Position numbers and translations under genes: made by a program. Below, one piece after another: positions 1-11,745 of a stretch of DNA of 62,548 nt. The stretch comes from Anaerovibrio sp. (lineage in GTDB: Bacteria > Bacillota > Negativicutes > Selenomonadales > Selenomonadaceae), in NCBI RefSeq assembly GCF_017475925.1, contig NZ_JAFVER010000058.1. One strand, written 5' to 3'. Each line of letters begins with the position of its first letter. Positions within the stretch are counted from its first letter, which is position 1. The notes below the pieces were generated by a model, which had not been told where the DNA came from, made no database searches, and saw only the letters and a program-made list of their open reading frames with translations.

Positions 1-195
1 AAATATTTTTCTGCATATTTATATTTTACACTAAGGGCGCAGTCTTGTGGGGCTGCGTTCTTATTTTTTTGCATAGAAAAGGGGCATCGCAACTATTTTT
101 TTATTAGTGCGACAGCCCCATAAGTTATCATTTATTTGTTTTTTTGACTTTTTGCTTGCATTTTTTTCAAAAAGGATTTATTATAATACCCGGGG

Positions 196-222
196 TTAGC
201 ACTCAAAGAAAAAGAGTGCTAA
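196..222 (+). promoter_or_regulatory. CIRCE element (HrcA operator)
   Basis: Perfect TTAGCACTC-N9-GAGTGCTAA upstream of groES. Confidence 0.97.
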
Positions 223-261
223 CAAATGAATTATGTAAAATCTTTTAGGAGGCGTATAAAT

Positions 262-546
262 ATGATTAAACCATTAGGAGACAGGGTTGTCATTGAAGTA
301 GCAGAGGCTGAGACTAAAACAGCTAGCGGTATCATTTTGGCTGATACTGCCAAGGAAAAGCCTATGAAGGGTACTATCGTGGCAGCTGGTCCTGGTTCAG
401 TGGACAAAGACGGCAACCGTATCAACATGGAGGTTAAGGTTGGCGATGTTGTTCTGTATTCCAAGTACGCTGGTACTGAGGTAAAAATTGATGGTAAGGA
501 TTACCTGATTGTTCGCCAGAGTGATATTTTGGGTATTGTTGAGTAA
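262..546 (+). CDS. groES: Co-chaperonin GroES
   Basis: [10 protein letters not shown]...TASGIIL...KYAGTEVK; ATG 262 after AGGAGG. Confidence 0.98.
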   Translation: MIKPLGDRVVIEVAEAETKTASGIILADTAKEKPMKGTIVAAGPGSVDKDGNRINMEVKVGDVVLYSKYAGTEVKIDGKDYLIVRQSDILGIVE

Positions 547-576
547 TATTACCGGATTTCCGGTTAATCATAATAA

Positions 577-2229
<1,653 letters not shown>

Positions 2230-2275
2230 GGCGTGTATAACACTTGACTTACAAATACTAATATACTAAAATATG

Positions 2276-2311
2276 TACCGTGATTTTGGCCTTCGGGTCA
2301 ATATCACGGTA
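2276..2311 (+). terminator. Hairpin after groEL
   Basis: TACCGTGAT...ATCACGGTA inverted repeat followed by T-rich tract. Confidence 0.7.
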
Positions 2312-2361
2312 TATTTATATTTTTGAAGTCTCTATGTTCATGTTTTTGAAAGAACAGTTTG

Positions 2362-2532
2362 TTCTAGCGCATGGCCTTGTTGAATTCAGTGCATTGCCAC
2401 TATGATATTTTGACAAGGTGACGAGGAAGAGGTTGTCGATTTATCAGCGGATGCCTCTCGGCTTGCCGGTCGTTAAGATGCTGTGAAAGCTGTCAGGTGA
2501 CTGACAGGACAAAGCGGTATTTGGGCAGAGCA
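2362..2532 (+). ncRNA. glmS ribozyme (GlcN6P-activated)
   Basis: AGCGC cleavage-site motif at 2366, GACGAGG, TCGA...AGCGGATGCCTCTC core, directly 5' of glmS. Confidence 0.9.
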
Positions 2533-2564
2533 GGGGACTTCCAGTTTTGATTGGAGGTTTTTTT

Positions 2565-4394
2565 ATGTGCGGTATTGTTGGCTACATTGGCAAGAAGCAG
2601 GCGGCACCCTTTTTGATTGAAGGGCTTACCAAGCTGGAATATCGGGGATATGATTCAGCCGGTATTGCCGTATTAAATGATGAAATTATCTGTGTTGAAA
2701 AATCTGTAGGCAGGTTGGCGGCCCTGGAGGAAAAAATTGCGGGAAAGACTCCAGAGGGCCTTGTGGGCATTGGTCACACCCGTTGGGCTACCCATGGACG
2801 TCCTTCGGACACCAATTCCCATCCTCATACTGATTGCCATGGTGATTTTGCCGTGGTGCACAACGGCATTATTGAAAATTACATGGAGTTAAAGGAAGAC
2901 CTTATTTCCAAGGGCCATGTTTTTAAATCAGAAACTGACACAGAGGTTTTGCCACATTTGCTGGAGGAAGTATATAACGGTGATTTTGAGGCCTCGGTTC
3001 GTGAGGTGTTAAAGCGTATAGAGGGCTCTTATGCCATTGTATTTATGTCCAAGCAGGACCCGGACAAGCTGATTTGTACCAAGCAGGACAATCCACTGGT
3101 TATTGGCTTGGGGGAGGAAGAAAATTTCATCGCTTCGGATATACCGGCAATTATTTCCCATACCCGCCGTACTTATATTGTAAACGATGGTGAGCTGGCT
3201 GTAGTCAAGGGAGATTCTGTATGGATTACCAACAGCCTTGGAGAACCGGTTACCAAGAAGGTGTTTGAGGTAAACTGGAATGCAGAGGCGGCTGAAAAGG
3301 GTGGCTACGAGCATTTCATGCTGAAGGAAATTCATGAGCAGCCAAAGGCAGTCCGTGATACCTTGTCTTCAAGAATCAACAAGGATAATTCGGCAGTGGT
3401 TCTCGAGGAGCTGAACTGGAGCGAGGAATACGTCAATTCCTTCTCCAAGGTGTTCATTGTAGCCTGTGGTACAGCATATCATGCCGGATTGGTTGGAAAA
3501 TATTATATCGAGCGTATGGCCCGTGTATCAGTTGAAGTGGATATTGCATCGGAGTTCCGTTATCGTCAGCCAATTATTGATGATAATACCCTTACTATTG
3601 TGGTAAGTCAGTCTGGTGAAACAATTGATACCCTGGCAGCGTTGAAGGAAGCAAAACGCCTTGGCTCAAAAACATTGGCCGTTACCAATGTTGTGGGCTC
3701 GTCCATTGCCAGGGAGGCTGATCAGGTTATTTATACCTGGGCTGGGCCGGAGATTGCTGTGGCCTCAACTAAGGCATATACTACTCAGTTAATTGTGATG
3801 TTCCTGTTGGGAGCCTATATGGCTGGGCTCAGGGGCACTGTGGCACCTCGTCGTATGAAGGAGCTTCTTACCATGCTGAGAAATATTCCGGCTCAGATTA
3901 ATGAAACTCTGGAGGATGTGGAGCCAATTAAGGTTTTTGCCAAGAAATATGGCTTCAACAATGATGTATTCTTTATTGGCCGTGCTCTGGACTACGAGGT
4001 AGCATTGGAGGGCTCACTGAAATTAAAGGAAATTTCCTATATTCATGCAGAGGCCTATGCTGCCGGCGAGCTGAAGCATGGGACCTTAGCCCTTATTACT
4101 CAGGGGGTACCAGTGGTTGCACTGGCTACGCAAAAGAGTGTTTATGATAAGACTCTCAGCAATATTAAGGAAGTAAAGGCCAGAGATGCAGTGGTTATCG
4201 GTATTGCAGCAGCTGGTGACACAGAGCTGACTAAATATGCTGACCATGTAATATTTGTGCCGCGTACGGATGAGCTCTTGATTCCTTTGCTTGCGGTATT
4301 GCCGTTACAGCTCCTTAGCTATTATACAGCGATTACTCGTGGAGCAGATGTAGACAAACCAAGAAATCTTGCAAAATCTGTAACGGTAGAATAA
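2565..4394 (+). CDS. glmS: Glutamine--fructose-6-phosphate aminotransferase
   Basis: MCGIVG start, GHTRWATHG, C-terminal PRNLAKSVTVE. Confidence 0.99.
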   Translation: MCGIVGYIGKKQAAPFLIEGLTKLEYRGYDSAGIAVLNDEIICVEKSVGRLAALEEKIAGKTPEGLVGIGHTRWATHGRPSDTNSHPHTDCHGDFAVVHNGIIENYMELKEDLISKGHVFKSETDTEVLPHLLEEVYNGDFEASVREVLKRIEGSYAIVFMSKQDPDKLICTKQDNPLVIGLGEEENFIASDIPAIISHTRRTYIVNDGELAVVKGDSVWITNSLGEPVTKKVFEVNWNAEAAEKGGYEHFMLKEIHEQPKAVRDTLSSRINKDNSAVVLEELNWSEEYVNSFSKVFIVACGTAYHAGLVGKYYIERMARVSVEVDIASEFRYRQPIIDDNTLTIVVSQSGETIDTLAALKEAKRLGSKTLAVTNVVGSSIAREADQVIYTWAGPEIAVASTKAYTTQLIVMFLLGAYMAGLRGTVAPRRMKELLTMLRNIPAQINETLEDVEPIKVFAKKYGFNNDVFFIGRALDYEVALEGSLKLKEISYIHAEAYAAGELKHGTLALITQGVPVVALATQKSVYDKTLSNIKEVKARDAVVIGIAAAGDTELTKYADHVIFVPRTDELLIPLLAVLPLQLLSYYTAITRGADVDKPRNLAKSVTVE

Positions 4395-4402
4395 TACATA
4401 TG

Positions 4403-4445
4403 AAGGCCCAGAGGGATGATAGTCATTTCTTTGGGTCTTTTTTTT
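4403..4445 (+). terminator. Intrinsic terminator after glmS
   Basis: AAGGCCCAGAG...CTTTGGGTCTT stem plus poly-T. Confidence 0.75.
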
Positions 4446-4460
4446 CGTAGCTGCCGGTGT

Positions 4461-4497
4461 TGTAATGCTTGAAATTACAATCAGTCAATGGTAATAT
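4461..4497 (+). promoter_or_regulatory. Sigma-A promoter overlapped by TGTAA-N9-TTACA operator
   Basis: TTGAAA(4469)-17-TAATAT(4492); palindrome 4461-4479. Confidence 0.75.
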
Positions 4498-4532
4498 GTA
4501 AATAGTATAATTATGTCAGGGAGCTTTGTTAT

Positions 4533-4961
4533 ATGCAGATTTCAAGCAGATTTACCATAGCTGTGCATGTTCTGATTGCGATAGAGACCTTTAAGGACTC
4601 TTATAAGATAACCAGTGATTTCCTTGCCTCCAGTGTAAATGTCAATCCGGTGGTAATCAGGCGGCTTATACAGCAGCTAAAAAAGGCCAATATAATTACG
4701 GTAAAACGAGGAAGTGGAGGGGCGGATATTGGTCGGCCTTTGAAGGATATAACTCTGTTGGATGTTTACCGTGCTGTTGAGCCGGTGGAAAATGGTGAGT
4801 TATTCCATTTTCATGAAAAGCCAAATGTAAAATGTCCAGTGGGCAGAAATATTCATAATATAATGGACAAACGCCTTAGGGAAATCCAGGCAGCTATGGA
4901 AGAAAAGATGCGCTCTATTACGGTAGAGGCTGTTGTAAATGATGCAAAAAAAATAATTTAA
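4533..4961 (+). CDS. Rrf2-family transcriptional regulator (YwnA/SifR-like, single Cys)
   Basis: MQISSRFTIAVH, SVNVNPVVIRR, ITLLDVYRAV, CPVGRNI. Confidence 0.92.
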   Translation: MQISSRFTIAVHVLIAIETFKDSYKITSDFLASSVNVNPVVIRRLIQQLKKANIITVKRGSGGADIGRPLKDITLLDVYRAVEPVENGELFHFHEKPNVKCPVGRNIHNIMDKRLREIQAAMEEKMRSITVEAVVNDAKKII

Positions 4962-5033
4962 AAAATATTGGTTGTAATGCTTGACATTACAACCAATATT
5001 TTTTATAATAGTTGTATCAACAAACATTACAAC
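4962..5033 (+). promoter_or_regulatory. Consensus sigma-A promoter with two Rrf2-type operators
   Basis: TTGACA(4981)-17-TATAAT(5004); TGTAA-N9-TTACA at 4973-4991 and TGTAT-N9-TTACA at 5013-5031. Confidence 0.85.
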
Positions 5034-5058
5034 AGATATGCAAATGGAGGAATTGAAA

Positions 5059-5409
5059 ATGTCAAATTATTCAAAGGTAACAGTAGCAGATGATGCAAGA
5101 GTGGAGCTTCATGATGAGTTAGGACTGACCGGTGCAGAAATAAGTGTGAACAATCTGCCGGCAGGTGCCAGTGTTCCTTTTGTTCATTCCCATAAGAAGA
5201 ACGAGGAAATTTACATCATTTTGTCTGGCAAGGGTAAAGCTGTTGTGGATGGTGACACTATTGAATTGGCAAAGGGGGATTTAATCCGAATTGCCCCGGC
5301 CGGCAGGAGACAGTTCTTTGCCGCAGCTGACTCAGGCATTAGCTATGTGTGCATACAGGTTAAGGCTGGTTCCTTGGAAGAATATACTGCTGATGACGCA
5401 GTAATGTAA
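5059..5409 (+). CDS. Cupin-domain protein
   Basis: PFVHSHKKNEEIYIILSGKG cupin motif; GGAGG RBS. Confidence 0.9.
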   Translation: MSNYSKVTVADDARVELHDELGLTGAEISVNNLPAGASVPFVHSHKKNEEIYIILSGKGKAVVDGDTIELAKGDLIRIAPAGRRQFFAAADSGISYVCIQVKAGSLEEYTADDAVM

Positions 5410-5424
5410 AATAATGTTTTGTAC

Positions 5425-5462
5425 AAAAAGCCTTCGGAGCAGCAGCCTTCGGAGGCTTTTTG
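5425..5462 (+). terminator. Intrinsic terminator after cupin gene
   Basis: AAAAAGCCTTCGGAG...CTTCGGAGGCTTTTT. Confidence 0.75.
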
Positions 5463-5538
5463 CCGCTTTGTATATTACAGGGTAAAGAAATTATTTTTAG
5501 ATATTTGACGCTGTCAACGTGGAAGGATGGTAAGGCTG

Positions 5539-6342
5539 ATGGAAAAAGATTTTGCCCAGGAGCAACGGTTGGATATACTGTTGGATGCCTTTATGGATGA
5601 ATTACTTCAACAGGGGGACCGGCAAAAGCCTTACAGTATTACTGAAAAGCGTCAGCTGCTACGCTCATTGATGAATATCCGAAGGCCCGGCAGCATGTCG
5701 AAGGAGCTACTTTCAGTGCAGGATAAATATTTAAAATCTATAATTGAACAAAAAGGAATTGTGCGGCTTTCTGATATTCCTGTTATGCGGGATGGGATTT
5801 CTATATGGCAGGGAGATATTACCAGATTGGCAGTAGATGCTATCGTAAATGCGGCCAATAGTCAGATGCTGGGGTGCTTTGTTCCATTGCATACCTGCAT
5901 AGATAATTGTATTCATACCTTTGCGGGAGTACAGCTGCGAGGTGAATGCTATCGCCAAATGAACCGGTTGAAGGAAAAATATGGCAGTAATTATGAACAG
6001 CCTACCGCAGTACCTTTGTTGACAGATGGATATAATTTACCGGCAAAAAAGATTATTCATGTGGTGGGTCCAATAGTTGTGAATGCTTTAACAAAGGACT
6101 TAGAGGATGCTTTGGCGATGTGCTATAAAAATGTTTTGGATATGTGCAGGGATAATGGGCTGCGAAGCGTGGCTTTTTGCTGTATTTCAACGGGGGTATT
6201 TCATTTTCCCAATAAGCGGGCGGCGGAAATCGCTACGGAAACGGTATCTGCATGGATTAAGGCTCACCCCGGACAATTAGAGCGGGTGATTTTCAATGTC
6301 TTTAAGGATGAAGACCGAAGCTATTATGAGCAGCTTATATAG
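5539..6342 (+). CDS. Zn-dependent macrodomain protein-ADP-ribose hydrolase
   Basis: WQGDIT, AIVNAAN, Zn loop GCFVPLHTCIDN, HVVGP, FCCISTGVFHFP. Confidence 0.92.
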   Translation: MEKDFAQEQRLDILLDAFMDELLQQGDRQKPYSITEKRQLLRSLMNIRRPGSMSKELLSVQDKYLKSIIEQKGIVRLSDIPVMRDGISIWQGDITRLAVDAIVNAANSQMLGCFVPLHTCIDNCIHTFAGVQLRGECYRQMNRLKEKYGSNYEQPTAVPLLTDGYNLPAKKIIHVVGPIVVNALTKDLEDALAMCYKNVLDMCRDNGLRSVAFCCISTGVFHFPNKRAAEIATETVSAWIKAHPGQLERVIFNVFKDEDRSYYEQLI

Positions 6343-6399
6343 TAATAAAAATTGTCTATAGATAAAGGGGGAGCAGCCTTGTTTATTACCAGGAGGAAA

Positions 6400-7302
6400 A
6401 TGCTAAAGGCGACAGGTGAACGAAGGGAGCAGCTTAATCGTCTGGAAAAAGAATTGAATACGGCCGACGCAATCATTATTGGTGCCGGAGCAGGGCTGTC
6501 TACTTCGGCTGGCTTTATATACAACGGTGAACGGTTTGAACGATACTTTTTCGATTTTGCAGAAAAATATGGCATAAAAGATATGTATTCCGGTGGATTT
6601 TATCCCTTTCCCACCGATAAAATCCGTTGGGCATGGTGGGCAAGGAACATTTATTATAATCGGTATGCTGATGCGCCAAAGCCAACCTACAAAATTCTTT
6701 ATGAACTTGTGAAAAATAAAAATTATTTTGTCATTACCACCAATGTGGATCACCAATTCCAAAAGGCTGGTTTTGATAAAAAGAGGCTTTTCTACACCCA
6801 GGGGGATTATGGGCTGTTTCAAAGTGTTGCCCCGACCAATCAAAGAACCTATGACAACGAGGAATGGGTTATGAAGGCCATGGCGGCTCAGGGCTTTGTA
6901 AAAGACATTGATGGTGTGTTTCAGGTGCCGGAGGATAGAAAAATTATCATGGAGCTGCCATCGGAGCTTATCCCTAAATGCCCGGACGATGGCTCGGCTG
7001 TAACAACCAATCTGCGGGCTGATGATTCGTTTGTGGAGGATGAGGGCTGGCATCGTGCTTCAGCTGCTTATGGAAGTTTTTTGCAGGAGCACAAAGGGAA
7101 GCATGTGCTGTTTCTGGAATTAGGCGTGGGCTTTAATACCCCGGGAATAGTTAAATATCCATTTTGGCAGATGACCATGGACAATGAGCAGGCAGTTTAC
7201 GCCTGCATAAATTACGGTGAATCCTTTTGCCCACCGGAGCTTGCTGAAAGAAGCATCTGCATTGATGGCGATATAGGCGATATTTTAGTGCAGCTGAGGT
7301 GA
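6400..7302 (+). CDS. Class M sirtuin (SirTM-like ADP-ribosyltransferase)
   Basis: GAGAGLS, TTNVD, FYTQGDY (Gln at the sirtuin His position), LELGVGFNTP; adjacent to the macrodomain gene. Confidence 0.9.
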   Translation: MLKATGERREQLNRLEKELNTADAIIIGAGAGLSTSAGFIYNGERFERYFFDFAEKYGIKDMYSGGFYPFPTDKIRWAWWARNIYYNRYADAPKPTYKILYELVKNKNYFVITTNVDHQFQKAGFDKKRLFYTQGDYGLFQSVAPTNQRTYDNEEWVMKAMAAQGFVKDIDGVFQVPEDRKIIMELPSELIPKCPDDGSAVTTNLRADDSFVEDEGWHRASAAYGSFLQEHKGKHVLFLELGVGFNTPGIVKYPFWQMTMDNEQAVYACINYGESFCPPELAERSICIDGDIGDILVQLR

Positions 7303-7435
7303 ATGAAGACCGATAAATAAATAATTTTTCTTGTTTGACAATACCTGGTTATTGTACTAATATAGTAGCAATATCTTTAGCCGTGACGGTTTTGGCGGCT
7401 TGAGAAATCAAAAAAATTATAGAAAAGAAGGGATT

Positions 7436-8947
7436 ATGTTGGCATTCTATTTTGACGAACCTTCCCACACCTTTGGTGAGTATTTATTGGTTCCAGGTTA
7501 TTCATCTGACAAGTGTATTCCGGCGAATGTTTCCTTGCGGACACCGTTGGTAAAGTTTAAGAAGGGTGAAGAGCCCAAAATTTCCATGAATATTCCAATG
7601 ACGTCAGCTATTATGCAGGCTGTTTCTAATGATACCATGGCCATAGCCCTGGCCCGGGAGGGCGGTGTGTCATTTATCTATGGCTCCCAGTCAATAGAAG
7701 ATGAGGCTGCGATGGTTGCCAGAGTAAAGAACTATAAATCCGGCTTTGTCAGCAGTGATTCCAATATAAAACCTACTACTACCCTGGGTGAGATACTTGA
7801 GCTGAAGGAAAAAACCGGCCATTCTACTATGGCAGTTACTGAGAATGGTGAGCCTACCGGCAAGCTTCTTGGCATTGTAACCAGCCGTGATTATCGGATC
7901 ACCCGTATGTCAATGGATACTCAGGCCGGCGAATTTATGACCCCGTTTGAAAAGCTTATTTACGCTGGTGCAAATACAACATTGTCAGAGGCCAATGACC
8001 TTATCTGGGAGCATAAGCTGAATATGCTGCCACTGGTAGATGATAATCAGCGTCTATTGTATATGGTTTTCCGTAAGGATTATACAGACAATAAGGAAAA
8101 TGAGCTTGAGCTTATTGACAGCAAGAAGCGCTATATTGTAGGTGCTGGTATTAATACCCGCGACTATGCAGAAAGAGTTCCTGCCCTTCTGGAAGCCGGT
8201 GCTGATGTGCTGTGCATTGATTCCTCTGAGGGCTTTTCTGAGTGGCAGCGTATTACTCTAAAGTATATCCATGAGCATTTTGGCGAGGATGTAAAGGTTG
8301 GAGCCGGTAATGTAGTGGACCGTGACGGGTTTATGTTTTTGGCAGAGGCCGGAGCGGACTTTATCAAAGTAGGCATAGGTGGCGGCTCTATCTGTATTAC
8401 CCGTGAGACCAAGGGCATTGGCCGTGGTCAGGCAACGGCATTGATTGATGTATGCAAGGCCCGTGATGAATACTATCAAAAGACTGGTGTATATATTCCG
8501 GTATGCTCTGATGGCGGTATCGTGCATGATTACCACATGACTCTGGCCTTGGCCATGGGAGCAGATTTTATGATGCTGGGACGGTATTTCTCCCGTTTCG
8601 ATGAAAGCCCTAGTGATAAGATTAAGGTTAATGGCAACTATTATAAGGAATATTGGGGTGAAGGCTCTAACCGGGCCCGTAACTGGCAGCGGTATGACCT
8701 TGGTGGTGCCAAGAAGCTGTCCTTTGAGGAGGGAGTTGACTCCTATGTACCTTATGCCGGGTCTTTAAAGGACAATGTCGGTGTGACCCTGAATAAAATT
8801 CGTTCTACCATGTGTAACTGTGGTGCATTAACCATTCCAGAGCTTCAGCAGAAGGCCCGCTTGACCTTGGTTTCTGCTACAAGTATTGTGGAAGGTGGCT
8901 CCCACGACGTAATTTTACGTGACAAGTTCACTCGTACCAATATATAA
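7436..8947 (+). CDS. guaB: IMP dehydrogenase
   Basis: CBS pair, [14 protein letters not shown] catalytic loop, SDGG, YWGEGS. Confidence 0.96.
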   Translation: MLAFYFDEPSHTFGEYLLVPGYSSDKCIPANVSLRTPLVKFKKGEEPKISMNIPMTSAIMQAVSNDTMAIALAREGGVSFIYGSQSIEDEAAMVARVKNYKSGFVSSDSNIKPTTTLGEILELKEKTGHSTMAVTENGEPTGKLLGIVTSRDYRITRMSMDTQAGEFMTPFEKLIYAGANTTLSEANDLIWEHKLNMLPLVDDNQRLLYMVFRKDYTDNKENELELIDSKKRYIVGAGINTRDYAERVPALLEAGADVLCIDSSEGFSEWQRITLKYIHEHFGEDVKVGAGNVVDRDGFMFLAEAGADFIKVGIGGGSICITRETKGIGRGQATALIDVCKARDEYYQKTGVYIPVCSDGGIVHDYHMTLALAMGADFMMLGRYFSRFDESPSDKIKVNGNYYKEYWGEGSNRARNWQRYDLGGAKKLSFEEGVDSYVPYAGSLKDNVGVTLNKIRSTMCNCGALTIPELQQKARLTLVSATSIVEGGSHDVILRDKFTRTNI

Positions 8948-8957
8948 ATCAAATGAC

Positions 8958-8992
8958 AAGATGGCGCACTTTTTAACAGGTGCGCCATTTTT
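8958..8992 (+). terminator. Intrinsic terminator after guaB
   Basis: ATGGCGCAC...GTGCGCCAT plus T-run. Confidence 0.8.
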
Positions 8993-9004
8993 GTAACAGC
9001 ACTT

Positions 9005-9050
9005 AGGGCATGGTGATTAATTCCATTCGTTCATTTTCACAGGCATTGAC
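9005..9050 (+). repeat. Truncated left end of the 161-bp MITE (family A)
   Basis: TAGGGCATGGTGATTAATTCCATTCG..TTCACAGG resembles the sequence from 62276 onward. Confidence 0.7.
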
Positions 9051-9376
9051 CCTGCGCTAATGAGCGCTAAGGCTTTACCCGATTAAAATTCAGTGGGAGC
9101 CTTAGTGCCTGTTAGTGTAGGGTAAATATCAGCTGGTTTTCACATATTTTTCAAAATATGGTATTATCATATAGCTTGATATATACATTAACTAAATTTA
9201 TTAGAAGTTTAAAGATTTTACTCAAACTTCTCATATAGATATATAGGTAAAATCAAGGTAGTATGCCTAAACTTAGTGTACACAAATAGTGTACACACGC
9301 CCTGACATGAAATCTAAGAACATCTTCGTATTGCAGACTTGATTTACTAAGATTTCATTGTATAAGCAGACATTAA

Positions 9377-9626
9377 CCCCTTCTGTCACTTCGTGACATC
9401 TCCCCCAAGGGAGACAAGCTCATCTTTTCTTATAGGCTAATGTCGGTAACTTCATTCTCCTTGCCTCCCCATGGGGAGGTGGTTGTAAAATGAGACTTAT
9501 TCAGCGGAAGCTTTGAGCTCTGCTGAAGTTTAGTCGAATTAATCCTATGCAGTACAGGTGCTTAGCTCCCTCTAAAATGAGTGAGCATTAGCACCTGTTA
9601 GCATAGGCCATGGCAACCGGAGGGGG
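9377..9626. repeat. Inverted doublet of REP-like units (family C), right unit interrupted
   Basis: CCCC..GTCACTTCGTGAC..TCCCCCAAGGGAGACAAG and the inverted CTTGCCTCCCCATGGGGAGGTGGTTG//CCATGGCAACCGGAGGGG. Confidence 0.7.
9486..9607 (+). repeat. ~122-bp palindromic element (family B)
   Basis: ATGAGACTTATTCAG...GTCGAATTAATCCT...TTAGCACCTGTTAGCATAGG; related copies at 20859, 35604, 39300, 43808. Confidence 0.8.
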
Positions 9627-9741
9627 TGTAGCGCAAGCATTCTGCGTTAGGCATTCACCTGGCATAAATGCATCAATTATGCATGTGGGAAGTTTGGGGC
9701 TTTTATTAAGCAATGTTTATTTACATATGGGGTGAATTGTA

Positions 9742-10416
9742 GTGCGTGTACTGCTGGCAGAGGATGATATAAAGCTGGGTAAGCTCACCCAGTATATGCT
9801 GGAAAAGGATGGTATATCTACTGAATGGGTAACCACTGGTGACATGATATATGATTGTGCCATGTACGAGGATTATGATGTGCTGATTTTGGACTGGATG
9901 ATGCCCAATGAAACTGGGGTAGAAGCCTGTAAACGGCTGCGAGCCAACGGATACCAAAGGGCCATACTGTTGCTTACTGCCCGGGATGCTGTGGAGGATC
10001 GGGTGACTGGACTTGATGCAGGGGCCGATGACTACCTGGTAAAGCCCTTTGAATTTTCCGAGTTAATGGCAAGACTCAGAGCGCTTAGCCGTCGCAGCAG
10101 TCAGAAAATCCAACAGGATATAATGGAGGTTGGTGGTTTCACGCTGGACCGAACCTCCAAGCTGCTTTTAAAGGGTGAGCAGGAGATTCAGCTTTCGCCC
10201 AGAGAATTTCAGATATTTGATTTGTTGGTGCAGAACATGGGAATTGTTGTGCCACGGGAAATCATTTTGGATCGTATATGGGGAATCGAGTCTGATGTAA
10301 GCTCCAATAATATTGATTCCTACGTAAAGCTTATCCGAAAAAAGCTGGATGTGGCTGATGGAGGAATTGTTATCAGCACGATTAGAGGTGTTGGCTATAA
10401 ACTGGAAACCAAATAA
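9742..10416 (+). CDS. OmpR/PhoB-family response regulator
   Basis: LLAEDD, LDWMMP, GADDYLVKPF, winged helix ending TIRGVGY. Confidence 0.96.
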   Translation: MRVLLAEDDIKLGKLTQYMLEKDGISTEWVTTGDMIYDCAMYEDYDVLILDWMMPNETGVEACKRLRANGYQRAILLLTARDAVEDRVTGLDAGADDYLVKPFEFSELMARLRALSRRSSQKIQQDIMEVGGFTLDRTSKLLLKGEQEIQLSPREFQIFDLLVQNMGIVVPREIILDRIWGIESDVSSNNIDSYVKLIRKKLDVADGGIVISTIRGVGYKLETK

Positions 10417-11707
10417 ACTCCATATCAGGGGAGTGTTTTCTCTTAGCCGTATGCGCCTGACAGCGGCTTACTCCCTGCTGATGTTTGGCTTGTTTATCAT
10501 AATCATATTTTTGGCTCATCAAACCATGGAATGGGCAGTAACCTCAGAACAGGCAAGGGAACTGTCGGAAATGGTTCATTCAGTGTCGGAAACTGAATCC
10601 GCCATGATAAGAAATGGTGTTTATATCGGTGGCGATGATTTGGGGAAACGTGAGCGAATGTTTTTTTATACCTATGACCGCAGTGGACGTCTGCAGAATT
10701 ATTCCCGGGCACCGGAGCGGATTGAAGAGGATGTGCTGGAGGTAATAAAGCAGGGGGAGGTGCCGGTGGATGATGTGGCGGTATTCGTTCAGCGGGAGGA
10801 TGCCGAAAAGCCTAACGTTTTAATGATGACCTCCTGTGATGTCCGGCTTACTACCGGCGAAAAAATCGGCATGGTATATTTAGGCAAGGATGTCTCGGCG
10901 CTGTACAAGGGCATAAAAAAGGCTACATATTTTTATGGCGGAATTTCCTTTGTAGCACTGTTGACGGCTATTATGCTGGGGCATGTTGTATCTGGACGGG
11001 TAGTTGACAATATGCAGAAGGCATACTACAAGCAACGGCAGTTTGCGGCAGATGCTTCCCACGAGCTTAGAACACCACTTAGTGTTATTATGGCGTCGGC
11101 TGATTTGCTGGGAAATGACCCATCCATTGAGTCACCTTTTTTGAAGCAGGTTATTGCTGATTTAAAGGATGAAGTAAAAAAAATGTCCAATTTGGTTGGC
11201 TCCCTTTTGCAAATAGCCCGTTCTGACAACAATGCTGAGCCAATGAATATTCACGAGTTTAACCTTGTAGAGACCATGGCACAGCTGGTACGAAAAATGC
11301 AGCCCCTGGCGGAAAAAAAGTCCATTGAGCTCACTATGAGCAGCACTGGAGAGGTGCCATATAGTGGTGATGAGCAAAAAATCCAGCAGCTTATGCTGAT
11401 ATTGGTGGATAATGCAATAAAGTACACCCCAGATGGTGGCAGGGTGGTGCTTTCCTATGATGGAAGAAAGGGAAATAGTGTATTTTTTTCTGTAAAGGAC
11501 AATGGTATTGGAATAGCCAGGGAAAATGTGGAAAAGCTGTTTGAGCGGTTTTTCCGGGTTGACAAGGCCCGTTCACGCTCCATGGGGGGGAATGGCTTAG
11601 GCTTGGCTATTGCCAAGAGCCTCGTGGAAGCCCATCATGGTAAAATTGATGTTGAAAGTGAGCTGGGTAAGGGGACAACCTTTAAGGTGATGTTAAAGAA
11701 TATGTAA
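10391..11707 (+). CDS. Sensor histidine kinase (start uncertain)
   Basis: Two TM segments, DASHELRTP H-box, ILVDNAIKY, DNGIG, GLGLAI. Confidence 0.93.
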   Translation: MAINWKPNKLHIRGVFSLSRMRLTAAYSLLMFGLFIIIIFLAHQTMEWAVTSEQARELSEMVHSVSETESAMIRNGVYIGGDDLGKRERMFFYTYDRSGRLQNYSRAPERIEEDVLEVIKQGEVPVDDVAVFVQREDAEKPNVLMMTSCDVRLTTGEKIGMVYLGKDVSALYKGIKKATYFYGGISFVALLTAIMLGHVVSGRVVDNMQKAYYKQRQFAADASHELRTPLSVIMASADLLGNDPSIESPFLKQVIADLKDEVKKMSNLVGSLLQIARSDNNAEPMNIHEFNLVETMAQLVRKMQPLAEKKSIELTMSSTGEVPYSGDEQKIQQLMLILVDNAIKYTPDGGRVVLSYDGRKGNSVFFSVKDNGIGIARENVEKLFERFFRVDKARSRSMGGNGLGLAIAKSLVEAHHGKIDVESELGKGTTFKVMLKNM

Positions 11708-11745
11708 CAGCTCCACAGGGCATGTGGGGCTGTTATTTAATGAAA

